Shown here in pieces: positions 26,601 to 37,596 of a stretch of 43,924 bases of DNA. The translations under genes were made by a program, and so were the position numbers. The first letter of the stretch is position 1, and each line of letters starts with the position of its first letter. Source of the DNA: a virus. Lineage: Duplodnaviria; Caudoviricetes. The notes beneath the pieces are model-generated. The model had not been told where the DNA came from, searched no databases, and worked only from the letters and a program-made list of their open reading frames with translations. The stretch covers positions 1 through 43,924 of the IMG/VR virus record IMGVR_UViG_3300017769_000025; one strand, given 5' to 3'.

Positions 26601-28335
26601 TTATATAAATAATATTTTCTTTTAAAATAGTTTCAAATCTAGTTTGAGATTCTATCATATTAGAAATTGAATTTGCCACGTTATTTAAACTTCCACCTCC
26701 TGAAAAGTTATTATTAGAAAATTTACCTTTATTAACTAAATTATCACAAACAAAAGTGTTTTCAACAATTTTCATTGGAGTATATGCTCTTTCAACTTTT
26801 AAAATAGTAAAACCGGGAACATTTATTGGAATAAAATCATGATCCTCCTCGAAATAATATTCGTTTTCTTTAGCACTTATTTGATATTTACCACCTACAA
26901 ATTCTAAGGTAGGTGTATATTTACTAAAATTCCAATTAGCTATAACACTTTCTAATGTATCTTTTTCTGTTATTCCAGCAGTTGCAATTAACTGAGATCC
27001 AGTAGTAACATCCTCAATTATAACATTATTAGTATTAACATTTGTTACAACAGAAATTACAAATTTTTGTCTTTTTAGAGAATGTAGTCCAAACTCATCT
27101 CCATCTATAGGATTATCAATTACTTTTATTTTTAAAAAATCTGAAACGGCCTCTTTATTTTGAGTTAATTCAACAGATCTTTCTGTTTTTTTAATTCCTG
27201 TAAATAAATTATAGTCTTGACCGTTTGTATCTATTTTTAATTCTAAATTTGAATAATCCCAAGTTGCTCCATTTTTTACATTGTGATAATTTGAAAAACT
27301 TTTTACCCAGCCTAACATAGGGATTCTGTTATATAAATCAGAGCTTGGAATAGAATAAAAATCAGCACTTCCATTTAAGTCTAGGTTATGTGATATATTT
27401 GAAAATTTAACTAAATCTTGATTAATGCTTTCTACGGAACCTTCTCCTATTTTATGTTCATCTACATAAATTCCAAAATATCTATTTATAGAAAACTCTG
27501 CACTTTCTTCATCATCGAATAAAAATTCTAAATTAATTAAATTAGCACATACTAAAGAATTTCTGTAAAACCCGTCTGTTATAAATTGATTATATTCAAT
27601 TAAGGGTTTATCTACGTCGATTGTATCTTTATATTGAAATTCTCCTTTATTAACGAAACCACCTTTAATTAAGTCAATTCCATTATAAGAAGTTTTTTCG
27701 TCTTTATTAAAAGAAACAGTAATTGGAGATTTAGGAAAGTTATCATCATTGACATAGTTTCTTAAATATTTTCCAATTTTACTATTTTCTGAAAGGTCTA
27801 TTGTTTTTATTAAAGTAGCCTTAGAAAGCATTTCATTAATTCTACTTAAATTATTATAATTGTCAAACTCAGCTGAGTTAACAGGATCTTCTACTTTATA
27901 AATAATAAATTTAGAAGGAATATTTTTATCTAACCAAATTGGAGCAAACATTCTATAACTATAATCGTATAGTTTAGAGTAGTTTAATGAGGTACCATAG
28001 GAATAGGATTCCTCATATTGTTTATCATAGCTATCAAGTATTGAAAAATCAGAATAGTCTCTTTTAGTTTTAAATGCTAAATCTAGTGGAGTAGAATTTA
28101 ATCTCCAAAATTTAGCAAGATCATAGGCATATGATCCACTATCTTTAATTAAATATTTTTTATAATTTGAATTAGCTAAAATACTTGAGGCGTTAATGCT
28201 TTCAAGATACATCTCCTCGTCACTAACTATTAATTTAACATTAGTTGAAAGAGAGGGATTAGTCCTAAGAATAGGCCTTGACACATGATCTATTTTGCCA
28301 TTATTCTCGATATCTGTTCTAATACTTCTAGCCAT
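23605..28335 (-). CDS. Large putative virion structural protein
   Basis: 1576-aa ORF in the structural block with a late promoter motif at 28372-28380; no catalytic motifs recognised. Confidence 0.5.
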   Translation of the reverse strand: MARSIRTDIENNGKIDHVSRPILRTNPSLSTNVKLIVSDEEMYLESINASSILANSNYKKYLIKDSGSYAYDLAKFWRLNSTPLDLAFKTKRDYSDFSILDSYDKQYEESYSYGTSLNYSKLYDYSYRMFAPIWLDKNIPSKFIIYKVEDPVNSAEFDNYNNLSRINEMLSKATLIKTIDLSENSKIGKYLRNYVNDDNFPKSPITVSFNKDEKTSYNGIDLIKGGFVNKGEFQYKDTIDVDKPLIEYNQFITDGFYRNSLVCANLINLEFLFDDEESAEFSINRYFGIYVDEHKIGEGSVESINQDLVKFSNISHNLDLNGSADFYSIPSSDLYNRIPMLGWVKSFSNYHNVKNGATWDYSNLELKIDTNGQDYNLFTGIKKTERSVELTQNKEAVSDFLKIKVIDNPIDGDEFGLHSLKRQKFVISVVTNVNTNNVIIEDVTTGSQLIATAGITEKDTLESVIANWNFSKYTPTLEFVGGKYQISAKENEYYFEEDHDFIPINVPGFTILKVERAYTPMKIVENTFVCDNLVNKGKFSNNNFSGGGSLNNVANSISNMIESQTRFETILKENIIYIKSPIKGYNRKLAAFLFKTGNTQFLEIEKGEDVTNSLNISNTHLLSQSAYLLKGGSNLNESIYVKKDDVSQINIGECLIDKDNSFNKIIDIVEDSRTIDSEFSLLILENKNKAIGGISNVYRDFKLEWGMFSAYDIYDFNFDFYDTSNSNLKELELEDDFTYPNSSNTPAAYSDLEALNKGSLEYFSGLVPLLNDEKTEESTLEKIYSEYDRLKENYTTEFSTISRIIPTINKWCLKDSKNVRENPYYLNVNEAFGESNFSPNLEVEGRDVNKMTHEWFYIDKLPSYVDVKNNNDLFSYINLANDVSININDLKSVSFDYFSSYFLSNGRFDIKLNSTFNKSSVSKKYSIIDGGSQQGFASTIFKGLKFTPKIRKELSQELTKEFIKNSEFNGYKFSACLITTFDENSPNSLDVKVIENLKFKTITLVLDLSLSDTNYKFLNRKLLYELDHKIDNGAFANSLISGALDLSSINLTPATTTVSGITALDGSQPNFTTQILKDPITGTYNDLFITIGGLTYSLTVIDVVSDNELKVKGGLRIGNPSVVQPSQYYSENDYKAAMYEYSSGGVFAHKAILELLSAGNVANLFNNTNKVEYISVDEEGSETLNRFSLSIDDGIEIIKTSNLYAEVDTNKPKSFKLSNQVIGYNIENRPDYYAFLVRQNGNYSVDMRPIVTFSEPFSMHKINTNWTTEFYDNKVYNYDITDVNLNNLTIALYKKLNNCGVLFNVGEIKDKNHDVNWGTIKNHFFHKVNEIDTEGVIKLSEADDLLPKYQLINEIAIDKKDKNVFKSRWENSYYVRSLDGGKVNNLPGTKNIIEEKSYIASSVIKTENSYSLFDFTSRKFKNIEQLNDIKSSGVSKHEINFIETENEIIADFYLSKSLIRFLDNKGIRNVIKRYVNVEDSFGRIDSLDDDIEGYISENILNLYSIASIDLYVLESKEITTNIEAADSLSTIGAGNYEINNNYSFKLDPKDPLNFRLIYNKRLGFSYEIRPLVKIKA

Positions 28336-28371
28336 TAATCTATTTATTTTTAAGCATATAATTTCTTAAAA

Positions 28372-28380
28372 TTATATATC
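28372..28380 (-). promoter_or_regulatory. Putative late promoter GATATATAA
   Basis: Exact motif in the intergenic gap. Confidence 0.6.
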
Positions 28381-28396
28381 ACCTTTAATACATGGA

Positions 28397-31300
28397 CTAT
28401 GGTATAGGCTTTTGAAGTCTAACTGTTTTAGTATTGTTTAAGTTAAATCCTCTAGGTTTGTATTTTGCAAATACTTCTAAATCAAATGAAAATTGATTAT
28501 CAAAAGAATCGAATAAATCGATACCTATTTTTTTAGAATAAGTTAAGTTTGCTATTTTAGTAGTATTCATTCCACCTAATCTACCATCTGATGTATCAAC
28601 ACCTGGAGTTGTAACTCCAAAATAGTCAGTCATTCTGTATTGGAATACAACATCTATCGCTATGCTAGGTGCTTTACTACTTGTAGAATTTACTTGCTTA
28701 CTATCTAATTTACCAATAGTTCTTTTACCAAATTTGTTATCTCCATCAACTGATAAATTTCCAATTCTTGTAGGAGATAAAAACAGGTATGAACCACATG
28801 ATTTACCACCTAATAAAAATTGGTCATTGTCTTCAAAGGACATTTTTACCGTTCTACCAAAATCTGTACCTTTTCTATATGGAGTCTGTAATTGAAAATA
28901 TGGATTTCCATCTGATCTTAGTGTCGCAAACTTGGCCATTGATGTATAATTAGGTACCCAAGTAGGGCTTGTAGGATCATTTGAATTAAATCCAGCTGCA
29001 ATATTAGGGTGATCTACGTGAACATATATGTTTTCATCATAGTCTGCAGAAGTTATCCAAGCAGGAGTTGATGGAGTTGTACCATCTACTCTAGTATTAG
29101 AAAGATTAGTATCTAATACAATTGCTTTAGGATCTCCATTTGTTTCATGCTCACCTGCCCATATAAAATCAGTAGTTAAAGAACCTGCAGTTCCTGTAGC
29201 GGTTTGTCCATAATATTCAAACGCTCTAGTTTCTTCAGTTTGAGAATCTGCCTTACTTCTATCTCCAGTTAAAAGATCAAGAGGAGAAGTTGAATACATC
29301 GCTTTTTCACCAGCAACATCCATAAATCTACTATAAATAAATTGACCTTTTTGTTGAGCCGATTGAAAAGGAGCATCGTCGTTATGATATTCTGCTAATT
29401 CATCGCTCGAAATGTTTTGATATTGTATTGGAACTAAATCATATTTACCTTCAACTGTATAATAAGTATCGTTTTGAATTCTATCAGTTAATACAATAGG
29501 TGGTATTGAACCGGTAATTGGATCTGGAGTATAATCATGAGTTCCCATTTCAAAATCTGCCTCTGTTGTTCCTTGAGCAGATGAATGATGTACAGGCTCA
29601 TCTCTTTTACCTATCATTCTTGCGATTAATTCAAGATCAGTTGCTTTACTATTTTCTAATAATAGTTTAAATGTCTTAGTTACAATATGCCCTTTCTTAA
29701 TATTTAGATCGGCAACCTCATTTACATAATAACCAGCAAATAACCTTGTAGTTGCATTTGCATCTATTGCAGTAGTATTTCCTTCTTCATCTACAATAGT
29801 TACTTTTAATTCTCCTTCTGCATTTTCTAATTGTTCTCTAAGGCTATCTATTTCTCTTTGTAAATCTATTAATTTGTCAAAAAGACTAATAGGAGTTTGT
29901 TCAGAAGATAAAAACCCTGATGCAATTGAAGTTGCACCATGTGTAAAATATTTTTCATTAGCTGTAAAACTATCAGCAATATGATTATAAACTCCTTTAG
30001 AATCTAATTCCTCAACAAGTTTTACATAAGTAGTTTCTTTGCTATTTTCATCTACAAGATTAATAATGTCAGTAGTATCTAATAAGCCTTCTGGGAATTG
30101 AACTAAAATAGTTTCACTCCAATCAGAAGTTATAGGATTTGAAGGATAGCCTGCTTCAGAAACCGCTTTCATTCTAATTTCAACATTTTCACCAAGGTTA
30201 ATAGGTAAATCTAATTGATTGAAATTTACTTCTTGGCCATCTTCAACACTTTCAGTTATCCAAATATATTTACCAGTAATTACATCTCTTTGTCTCTTTC
30301 TAGTTGGAGTTTCATATTGATTCCAGTTTGAAAAACTTGCAGTAGTAGTTTTATTATCTTGTGTAAAAGGTATTTGTTCAATATTACTTGTTTTGCCACT
30401 TGCAGAAACATATCTATATTGAATTTTAAATTTTACAATTTCTTGAGGAAGTGTATCTGCGTTTGTCTTAGCTTCAGGTATTTTCCAAAAACCTCTAACT
30501 CTAAATTTAGGCTTAATGTCTTTTACATTTTGATCTGTGCTAATACTTTGAATTTGATTTACAACAGAAGAATATAATTGTGCTTCTCCACTTCTTTTTT
30601 CAATAAGCGTATTTAAGTTATTTTTGTCTTTACTTTTTTCAATTTCAGACTTATATTTCTTAGTTGCTATCTCACCTCTCTTACTTACAATAGTGTCATC
30701 TAATTTCTTAATACTTTCACTAATTGTAATTTTATCATTGTTTAATTTCTTTATGCTATCAAATGCATCGTTCTCCGTTAAGTGAGTATTAATTTGTACT
30801 ACTTGGAAATTAGTAGCATCTAATAATACTGGGTCTGGAGTAATACCAACAGTTGCTGGCGGAATAAAATCTTCTTTTAATGATTTAATAAATTGACCAA
30901 AATCAGCAACACTATCTCTATAAAATGCAGACAATGTTTGAGTCCCTCCTGTTTGACTTTCAATTGTTAAATCATTTGAGTAAAAACCTACACCAGGTGA
31001 CCAGTTTTCTGCAATAATTTTAGAATCAGGGTCAATTGATTTAAAGAACACTACTTGTCTTTCATCGAATCCAAGGTTAATGCTTAATGCAACTGTATTT
31101 TCTAATGCCTTATAAATTCTTAATTGATCAGCTCCTATTTTAATACTATCAAAACCTTCAGTTAACCTTAATTCAACTTGACCAGTTCCACTGTATACAT
31201 TTTGAACTCTATACCTCGTGTTATTGTTTCCACTGTTTACTAATAACTCATCTCCGATTGAAATAAACTCCGTGTCTTTTAATGCTTTTTCTCCATCAGT

Positions 31301-32059
31301 ATACGTTAATTTATTTAAAGTATATAATTTTACTGATCTAATCACTGGCTCTCCATCAACTATAAATTCTCTTTCAGCATCTTCAACTGCTAATACATCA
31401 AAACCTCCATAAAATTGTGTTGATTTAAATGGCAAGTCTCTAACCTGCTCATCAATTGTTGCATTTGCTCCACTGCTTACTAAACCATCAACAAGTGTTT
31501 GATAATCTATTTCATCCACATTTCTGTAGTTGTCATCAAAATAGGCAGCAGCAAACTCATCATTTGCTTGGAAAATATATCTTTTTACTAAAACTCTTTC
31601 AGTGTCAGCTGCAATTTGTCCACTAACATCAAATTTAACAGTTAATAATGGGTTTAAATAATCTTCAAAAAAGTCATTATCAGTAGTTTCAAATTCTGTA
31701 GGAAGAGCAATTGAAGTTAAATCATTTGCTGGAGTTTTAAGTTTTCTTGAAATAATTTTTTTAAAACTACCATCTGGCATTTGAACAGTTGCATCTGCAG
31801 TTCCGACACCGCTTAGTGCTTTAATATTATTTTCTAATCTTTTTATTTCTCTATCAATAAAACCAAATGATGGTATTTGATAAGTTTTAATTGTAGTAAC
31901 ACCGTCGTCATCTGGTGTACCAAAAAGGTCTACTGAAACTGTAATTGAATCCTTTTCACTAGTAATTGCCTCATTAATACGTTCAAAAGTTTCTAACGCA
32001 TTGGCATTCATCTGTGTGAATTGCTTAATTATTCCAGAAAATGAGTTTTGTGTGTCCAT
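28397..32059 (-). CDS. Large putative virion/baseplate protein
   Basis: 1220 aa with coiled-coil segments and an FN3-like segment (VEIRMKAVSEAGYP...SDWS). Confidence 0.5.
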   Translation of the reverse strand: MDTQNSFSGIIKQFTQMNANALETFERINEAITSEKDSITVSVDLFGTPDDDGVTTIKTYQIPSFGFIDREIKRLENNIKALSGVGTADATVQMPDGSFKKIISRKLKTPANDLTSIALPTEFETTDNDFFEDYLNPLLTVKFDVSGQIAADTERVLVKRYIFQANDEFAAAYFDDNYRNVDEIDYQTLVDGLVSSGANATIDEQVRDLPFKSTQFYGGFDVLAVEDAEREFIVDGEPVIRSVKLYTLNKLTYTDGEKALKDTEFISIGDELLVNSGNNNTRYRVQNVYSGTGQVELRLTEGFDSIKIGADQLRIYKALENTVALSINLGFDERQVVFFKSIDPDSKIIAENWSPGVGFYSNDLTIESQTGGTQTLSAFYRDSVADFGQFIKSLKEDFIPPATVGITPDPVLLDATNFQVVQINTHLTENDAFDSIKKLNNDKITISESIKKLDDTIVSKRGEIATKKYKSEIEKSKDKNNLNTLIEKRSGEAQLYSSVVNQIQSISTDQNVKDIKPKFRVRGFWKIPEAKTNADTLPQEIVKFKIQYRYVSASGKTSNIEQIPFTQDNKTTTASFSNWNQYETPTRKRQRDVITGKYIWITESVEDGQEVNFNQLDLPINLGENVEIRMKAVSEAGYPSNPITSDWSETILVQFPEGLLDTTDIINLVDENSKETTYVKLVEELDSKGVYNHIADSFTANEKYFTHGATSIASGFLSSEQTPISLFDKLIDLQREIDSLREQLENAEGELKVTIVDEEGNTTAIDANATTRLFAGYYVNEVADLNIKKGHIVTKTFKLLLENSKATDLELIARMIGKRDEPVHHSSAQGTTEADFEMGTHDYTPDPITGSIPPIVLTDRIQNDTYYTVEGKYDLVPIQYQNISSDELAEYHNDDAPFQSAQQKGQFIYSRFMDVAGEKAMYSTSPLDLLTGDRSKADSQTEETRAFEYYGQTATGTAGSLTTDFIWAGEHETNGDPKAIVLDTNLSNTRVDGTTPSTPAWITSADYDENIYVHVDHPNIAAGFNSNDPTSPTWVPNYTSMAKFATLRSDGNPYFQLQTPYRKGTDFGRTVKMSFEDNDQFLLGGKSCGSYLFLSPTRIGNLSVDGDNKFGKRTIGKLDSKQVNSTSSKAPSIAIDVVFQYRMTDYFGVTTPGVDTSDGRLGGMNTTKIANLTYSKKIGIDLFDSFDNQFSFDLEVFAKYKPRGFNLNNTKTVRLQKPIP

Positions 32060-32062
32060 TTA

Positions 32063-34009
32063 TTATCTTATAACGTCTATTTCAAATTCATACGTTGCCG
32101 CATTTGTACAAACTATTTCAAAGTATGGGTTGCTTCCAACCTCTGCGCTTGAAACGCTTCCAACAAGTGTATTAAAACTATCGGAATAGTTTGTGTAAAC
32201 ATTGATGTTGTTGCTATTTAAGTCTAATGCTTCAAAAACAACCTTATAGCTTTGACCATCTTGCCATTTTATAAGTTTATCATCTATGTATATATTAATA
32301 TTATTATCAGCCGCCTGAGTAGTGGTTTTACCCGCAAGTCTCAGTTGGTTAGAAAATTCTTTAAGTCTTGTCCAAATACCAAAACCAGTTGCATTACCTG
32401 GATCATATTGATTTGAACTTGTAATTTCATTAGAAACCGTTAACGTGCTTTCATTCCAAGAGAATGGCTTTCCAAACACGTAGGCTTTTAAATCATTTTT
32501 AATTTTAATTTTGTTAGGAACTGTTTTATCAACTATAATACCAGGTCCATTAAAAAGAACATCAACATTATATTGCACTTCTGACGGAATAGTACCATCT
32601 ATAAGTTGATTAATTCTTTGATTTGCATTTGTGATTAATTGTAAAAGACTATCGCTATCTGCTAAATTAACAGACGTGTTTTGAAATTCTGTTTCTAGTT
32701 GAGTTATTCTACTAAGTAATTCAGTACTTGAATCCATTGACATTACTAAGTTTTCTAATTCGTCAACTCTATTTTTAATTCTACTGTATCTTGCATTTGC
32801 ATCTGATAATAATTTACCAGCATTCTCTAAGGCGCTCGTCGTATCCATGAATAAATCCATAGAAAATGTAGTAAAATCATTGATATTTACTTCAACACCA
32901 ACATTGTCGAGAGATGAATTAAATTTAATATTTAATTTAAGGCCAAACGCATTTCCATTTAAGCCAGTAATTTCATTTGGCTTATATTTAATAAGTTCAG
33001 GAATATAAGAACTATTTGCTGCACCAGGATTATCTTGTGGATTATCTAATATTAATACACCATATAGATTAGTTTCTCTATTTGCCGGAACAGATTCACT
33101 ATATAAATCATAATAAACAAGAATTGCATTAAATCTAAAGTCTCCTCCTTGTTTAGAAAAATCTTGTAAAGTGTTTATGTCTGAATTTGAAGCAATGCCA
33201 TGATAGTCTGCAGCTGTCCAATCAATTCCAAAATTAGGAGTTGAATTTACATCAATATTATAATAAGGAATTAAGTTTTGTGGATCAGAAGTATCTACAG
33301 CATCGACTAAGGTTTCTAAATCCATATTGACATCCGGATGTGTCTGTCCATTTCTACCGTTAACTATTGCCTCAGGATAAATCTTGTTAGCCGTGGTGTT
33401 ATATGTTTTAGAATTAAATAAAACAGTTGGGGTAAACCCAATGGATGACGGTACGTTAATGTATACTTCATGATAGGCGTTGCCTTTATATTGAATATCG
33501 TTACCAACGTCAATACTTCCTAAGTATTTAACTACTCTATCATAGTCTGTACCAGTGCCTGTTGCGTTTAATTCTTCAGTAGTTAAACCTGTTAGAGTTG
33601 CTTCAGTTGAATCGGCGGTTTTAAATCTGATTGCACCCATTTTATGTAACCACTTAAAGAATATTTGCTCAGCATCTGAACCATATAACGCACTATCAAA
33701 GTCGTCATCTTGTAAAATAAGCTCTTCTAAGTTAAGAGCATAGTTTTGAAAAGTAATTGCAAAATCATGTCCAGCGTTTCCAACTGGAGAGTAGGCTACA
33801 TTACTATAGTCTAACATCTGATCAAAGTCTACAGTATTTTTACCATTAACAGGCTCTTCAAAATTAGGAATATCTAATAGAGCATATTTACTAAATTCAA
33901 ATTTAATATCTGGATTTTGGAACGCTCTAGTCAAATCTCTAGTACCACTCGCAAAAGCGTACATTGTTCCTCCCTGTATCTGTGGTGTTCTAACCAGTGG
34001 TGTAGCCAT
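32063..34009 (-). CDS. Putative baseplate/tail structural protein
   Basis: 648 aa downstream of the wedge genes; beta-rich N-terminal domain plus a coiled coil. Confidence 0.5.
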   Translation of the reverse strand: MATPLVRTPQIQGGTMYAFASGTRDLTRAFQNPDIKFEFSKYALLDIPNFEEPVNGKNTVDFDQMLDYSNVAYSPVGNAGHDFAITFQNYALNLEELILQDDDFDSALYGSDAEQIFFKWLHKMGAIRFKTADSTEATLTGLTTEELNATGTGTDYDRVVKYLGSIDVGNDIQYKGNAYHEVYINVPSSIGFTPTVLFNSKTYNTTANKIYPEAIVNGRNGQTHPDVNMDLETLVDAVDTSDPQNLIPYYNIDVNSTPNFGIDWTAADYHGIASNSDINTLQDFSKQGGDFRFNAILVYYDLYSESVPANRETNLYGVLILDNPQDNPGAANSSYIPELIKYKPNEITGLNGNAFGLKLNIKFNSSLDNVGVEVNINDFTTFSMDLFMDTTSALENAGKLLSDANARYSRIKNRVDELENLVMSMDSSTELLSRITQLETEFQNTSVNLADSDSLLQLITNANQRINQLIDGTIPSEVQYNVDVLFNGPGIIVDKTVPNKIKIKNDLKAYVFGKPFSWNESTLTVSNEITSSNQYDPGNATGFGIWTRLKEFSNQLRLAGKTTTQAADNNINIYIDDKLIKWQDGQSYKVVFEALDLNSNNINVYTNYSDSFNTLVGSVSSAEVGSNPYFEIVCTNAATYEFEIDVIR

Positions 34010-34026
34010 TTATAATAAGTTTATTT

Positions 34027-34566
34027 TTAAGCAACAGTTGCACCGTTTGCACTAATTACATACCATACGCTATTAAAAGTTCTTAATGTAAGTGTTTCAT
34101 TTGCAGCACTAAATGTTGCCGTTGTTCCTCCTCCAAAAGTACCAGTAACGCTTCCGCTTGCTGTTGCAATTAATGTTATTTCATAACCATCAGTTGCAGT
34201 AGTTCCTAAATTAATTCCAGAAGTAGGATCAATAAAGTAAGCCGAATGTGCAAAAGACGTAATGTCTGATGTTAAAGGAGCAGCAGCTGTACCATTTACA
34301 CCGCTCTTAATTATCGCAGCGCCAAAACTAGCATTCGCGAGAATTGTTGTTGCAACACCAATAGTTGCAGAAGTAGCATTAATTGCTGTTCCGCCATCTA
34401 CTGAAAGTTGACTTGTTGATACTGTAACTCCTGAAAGAGTTGCAGCAGTTGGATCCAAATACCCCTTTAAACTTGTTATTTCATCTTCTATTGTTGTGAA
34501 ATTATCATTAAGAGTAATTCTTGATGAAGAAAGAGAATCTGTTCCTAAAATTTCTGTAACCGCCAT
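34027..34566 (-). CDS. Small fibre-like structural protein
   Basis: DSLSSSRITLNDNF anchor motif (similar to the fibre N-terminus); Thr/Ala/Gly-rich beta repeats. Confidence 0.55.
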   Translation of the reverse strand: MAVTEILGTDSLSSSRITLNDNFTTIEDEITSLKGYLDPTAATLSGVTVSTSQLSVDGGTAINATSATIGVATTILANASFGAAIIKSGVNGTAAAPLTSDITSFAHSAYFIDPTSGINLGTTATDGYEITLIATASGSVTGTFGGGTTATFSAANETLTLRTFNSVWYVISANGATVA

Positions 34567-34579
34567 AGTTTTATTTTTT

Positions 34580-37327
34580 TTATTTTACAATTATCATATT
34601 TCTTTCGACAATATTAGTATTGCCATTAGTATCTTCAACCTCAGCTGAAATTCTGTAAGAACCTGCTTCCTTAAAGACATATGTCAACCACATATTATCA
34701 TAATATATATCACGTTCTATTTGACTACTATCTTTATATATCTTCCAAACCGGGTTTTTAATACCCGCCATTTGTGATTTATCTAAAGCAAACGTAACAT
34801 GTGTTGATCTTTCTATTTCCGCGCTACCGTTAATTATCCTAACAGTATCAAACGTAGGATTGTAGCTTACATAATGTACTTCTCCTAAAACATTTCCATT
34901 TGAAAGCTGAACTGTTTCAAAATCATATGTCCTAGAATAACCTTTTCCTACACATATTATAAATAGGAATATATCACTATTACCGTCATTGTTAGTGTCT
35001 TCGAACACTGGATTGTAGTTAAATTTACTAACAATTGGATTAATAGAAGAATTTAGTTCATCTGCAATTGCTTGCCAACCCGCAATATCATTGTTACTAG
35101 TTGGAGTAGCAGAGGATATAATTTGTGTTCCCGTTTCTATTAAATTTGTACTTGGATTTAAATGAGTTAAAGTTAAAACACTACCTTGTTGAATGTTGTC
35201 TATTTTAAAACTAGAAGTTAAATCCATTCCAATTCTAGTGGCATTCCACCAATTATGTTTACCATCTATCCATCTTATGTTTTCCATCTCATCCCAGCCA
35301 TAAGGACCTGTAGTTTCTAAATAACCAGTAGGATTAGATAAATCTGTGTCAATATATCTTCTCACCGTACTAAATATTTTACCTTGACCCTCATCATTAA
35401 TATAGTTAGCCCTATCCATTGTAAGGTATAGAGACTGAAAACTATCTTCTACTTTTTGTAAATTTTCTGAAGGAATGTCCCAGTATCCACCTGTTTTATT
35501 CCATGGCGTTTTCCAATCTTTCCAAGTATTATCTTCTTTCCATTGATAAATTCCATAAATTTCAAGTGGTTTTACTTTAACGTTAAATAAGTTAGACTCT
35601 TTTCTAAAACTCATAAAACCTTGTAAATCATACAGCCTAAGCTCAACATTGTAGTCTCCTTCGTGTGGAACAATCATAGGAAACCTTAAGAAACCTGGAT
35701 GAAAAGTTCCATCAGCCTCATAATAACCAATACTACCTCTAAAATTTTGTGAATATCCTTTAGGTCCAGTAACTACCCATTCTAATTCATAAACATGTTG
35801 CTTCCACCAATTATTCCATGTAATTGTAGGGTCAATTGCATCTAACCAAGTAAAATTAGCAAATTCCCATTCATGTGGAAGTGATGTACACTCTAAAACA
35901 ACAGGGGCTCCAACCGGAATAGAATGTTCCCCAGGAGTATCATTATTAAAAGTTTCCTTTTTATTTATATAGTAGTTATTGTAAAATGTTTCAAAATCTA
36001 ATAATAACGTTTCATAATCAGTTTCGTTTAAGCTACTAAACCCATCTAATTGAATAGGTTTAAAATCAACATTATTTATTAATACACCGCTGTTTGATAC
36101 TAAGGCGTAGTCTTCAATATAAAGTTGTTTGTTTTCAGGATATACTCTAAATTCAACATCTTTACCCTCATTAAAGGAAGCGATAGGTTGTTGATTATTC
36201 CAAACATTCAAATTCTTTTGATCAAAATAAGTACCCTCTCCTGTAATATCTATAATTTTAGCCTGTAATGGAAGATAATCTCTTTGAAGTTTATTTTTAA
36301 GACCATATAATTTAATTAAAATTTCTTCAGGCGTAAAGTCAAATACTTCATCAACATTAGGAATATCCCAATAATCAAATGTACCGTTAGGTTCGTTTAA
36401 TTTATAGACTAAAGAAAAACGACTTGTTTTTTTCATCGTTGTAGAAGGCAAATTAAATTGCTTTCTTTTCTTATAACTAAAGCCTGCATTTTTATCTGGA
36501 ACTGAAACTGCTTTTAGTTTTCCAAAGCTATCGCTGTCTTGATTTATATTTAGCCAATATTCTTTAAGTGTAATATTATTATAGCCGAAAAAGTCAATTG
36601 CATTTAAGACAGCTTTATAAGTTCCAATAAATGGTTTAATATTATGTAATTCTAAAAGTAGCTCTTTTCTTTTTTGATTCATGAGCATCCAATCGATTCC
36701 CATTTCATTAATATCATGCTCTTTAAAAATTATAAAATCACCATCATCAAGAGTAGCACCTAAATTTTGCAGCAGGTCTCTCATTCTTTCATCTTCACCT
36801 ACAGTCTCTCCATAAATTATTATTTCAGCAACTATATGACCATCGCTATCATCTGTAATTATTAAAGTTCTTTCATGTCTTTTTTCAGCCTTAGATGAAA
36901 GAGCAATATTTGCTTGAATTGCATTGTTTGTAAAATCATTTACTGTTTTTAAACCAGCAACGACTGAAACAACGTCTGTGTGATCTAAGACTTGAATATT
37001 TAAACCATCTAAATTTTGTACTTTTACAACGTTATCTTCTAATTGTGTGCCATAAATAAAAATATCTTCACTTGCATATCTGTCGGCTTTCCAACTAAAT
37101 TTAAAATTACTACCATTGCTGTCTGCAGAAACAGGTCTACCATATACAACATAACCTGTAGGATCTACAAGCTCTTCTAATATAAATAAGTTAAAAGTCT
37201 CATATAAGCCTACTGATACTTCAGGTAAATATACAACACCACTCCATCTTTCATTAGTAGTATCATAGTCGAGATTTAATTCATTCTCAACTCCATTAAA
37301 AAACCTTAAATATGAGTATTTTGACAT
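34580..37327 (-). CDS. Baseplate wedge protein (gp7/P2 gpI-like core) with Ig/PKD-like domains
   Basis: KPFIGTYKAVLNAIDFFGY resembles the wedge-core KGT motif; C-terminal YVFKEAGSYRISAEVEDTNG is PKD-like; follows gp6. Confidence 0.55.
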   Translation of the reverse strand: MSKYSYLRFFNGVENELNLDYDTTNERWSGVVYLPEVSVGLYETFNLFILEELVDPTGYVVYGRPVSADSNGSNFKFSWKADRYASEDIFIYGTQLEDNVVKVQNLDGLNIQVLDHTDVVSVVAGLKTVNDFTNNAIQANIALSSKAEKRHERTLIITDDSDGHIVAEIIIYGETVGEDERMRDLLQNLGATLDDGDFIIFKEHDINEMGIDWMLMNQKRKELLLELHNIKPFIGTYKAVLNAIDFFGYNNITLKEYWLNINQDSDSFGKLKAVSVPDKNAGFSYKKRKQFNLPSTTMKKTSRFSLVYKLNEPNGTFDYWDIPNVDEVFDFTPEEILIKLYGLKNKLQRDYLPLQAKIIDITGEGTYFDQKNLNVWNNQQPIASFNEGKDVEFRVYPENKQLYIEDYALVSNSGVLINNVDFKPIQLDGFSSLNETDYETLLLDFETFYNNYYINKKETFNNDTPGEHSIPVGAPVVLECTSLPHEWEFANFTWLDAIDPTITWNNWWKQHVYELEWVVTGPKGYSQNFRGSIGYYEADGTFHPGFLRFPMIVPHEGDYNVELRLYDLQGFMSFRKESNLFNVKVKPLEIYGIYQWKEDNTWKDWKTPWNKTGGYWDIPSENLQKVEDSFQSLYLTMDRANYINDEGQGKIFSTVRRYIDTDLSNPTGYLETTGPYGWDEMENIRWIDGKHNWWNATRIGMDLTSSFKIDNIQQGSVLTLTHLNPSTNLIETGTQIISSATPTSNNDIAGWQAIADELNSSINPIVSKFNYNPVFEDTNNDGNSDIFLFIICVGKGYSRTYDFETVQLSNGNVLGEVHYVSYNPTFDTVRIINGSAEIERSTHVTFALDKSQMAGIKNPVWKIYKDSSQIERDIYYDNMWLTYVFKEAGSYRISAEVEDTNGNTNIVERNMIIVK

Positions 37328-37596
37328 TATCTTATGTTTTTATCATCTTTGTTTGTTGTGTAATTTTTCCAGTTTTTCATTACACGAATTTGCTTAATTG
37401 TATTGTAAAAATAGTCTGTACAAAATTGCACAAAATCTAACATTGTTTGATTTCTAACAATGTGTCCAGAAACTCTATTTGTTATTAAATCATTTTTATA
37501 ATTATAACCTAAATGTTTTTTATTATCCTTTGCAGTTTTTCTAACATCGTAGATTTTTACTCTCTTATATCTATATAAATCGTCGTACAATCCCAT
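37327..37596 (-). CDS. Hypothetical protein, likely baseplate-associated
   Basis: 89-aa ORF coupled by TAATG overlaps on both sides. Confidence 0.65.
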   Translation of the reverse strand: MGLYDDLYRYKRVKIYDVRKTAKDNKKHLGYNYKNDLITNRVSGHIVRNQTMLDFVQFCTDYFYNTIKQIRVMKNWKNYTTNKDDKNIR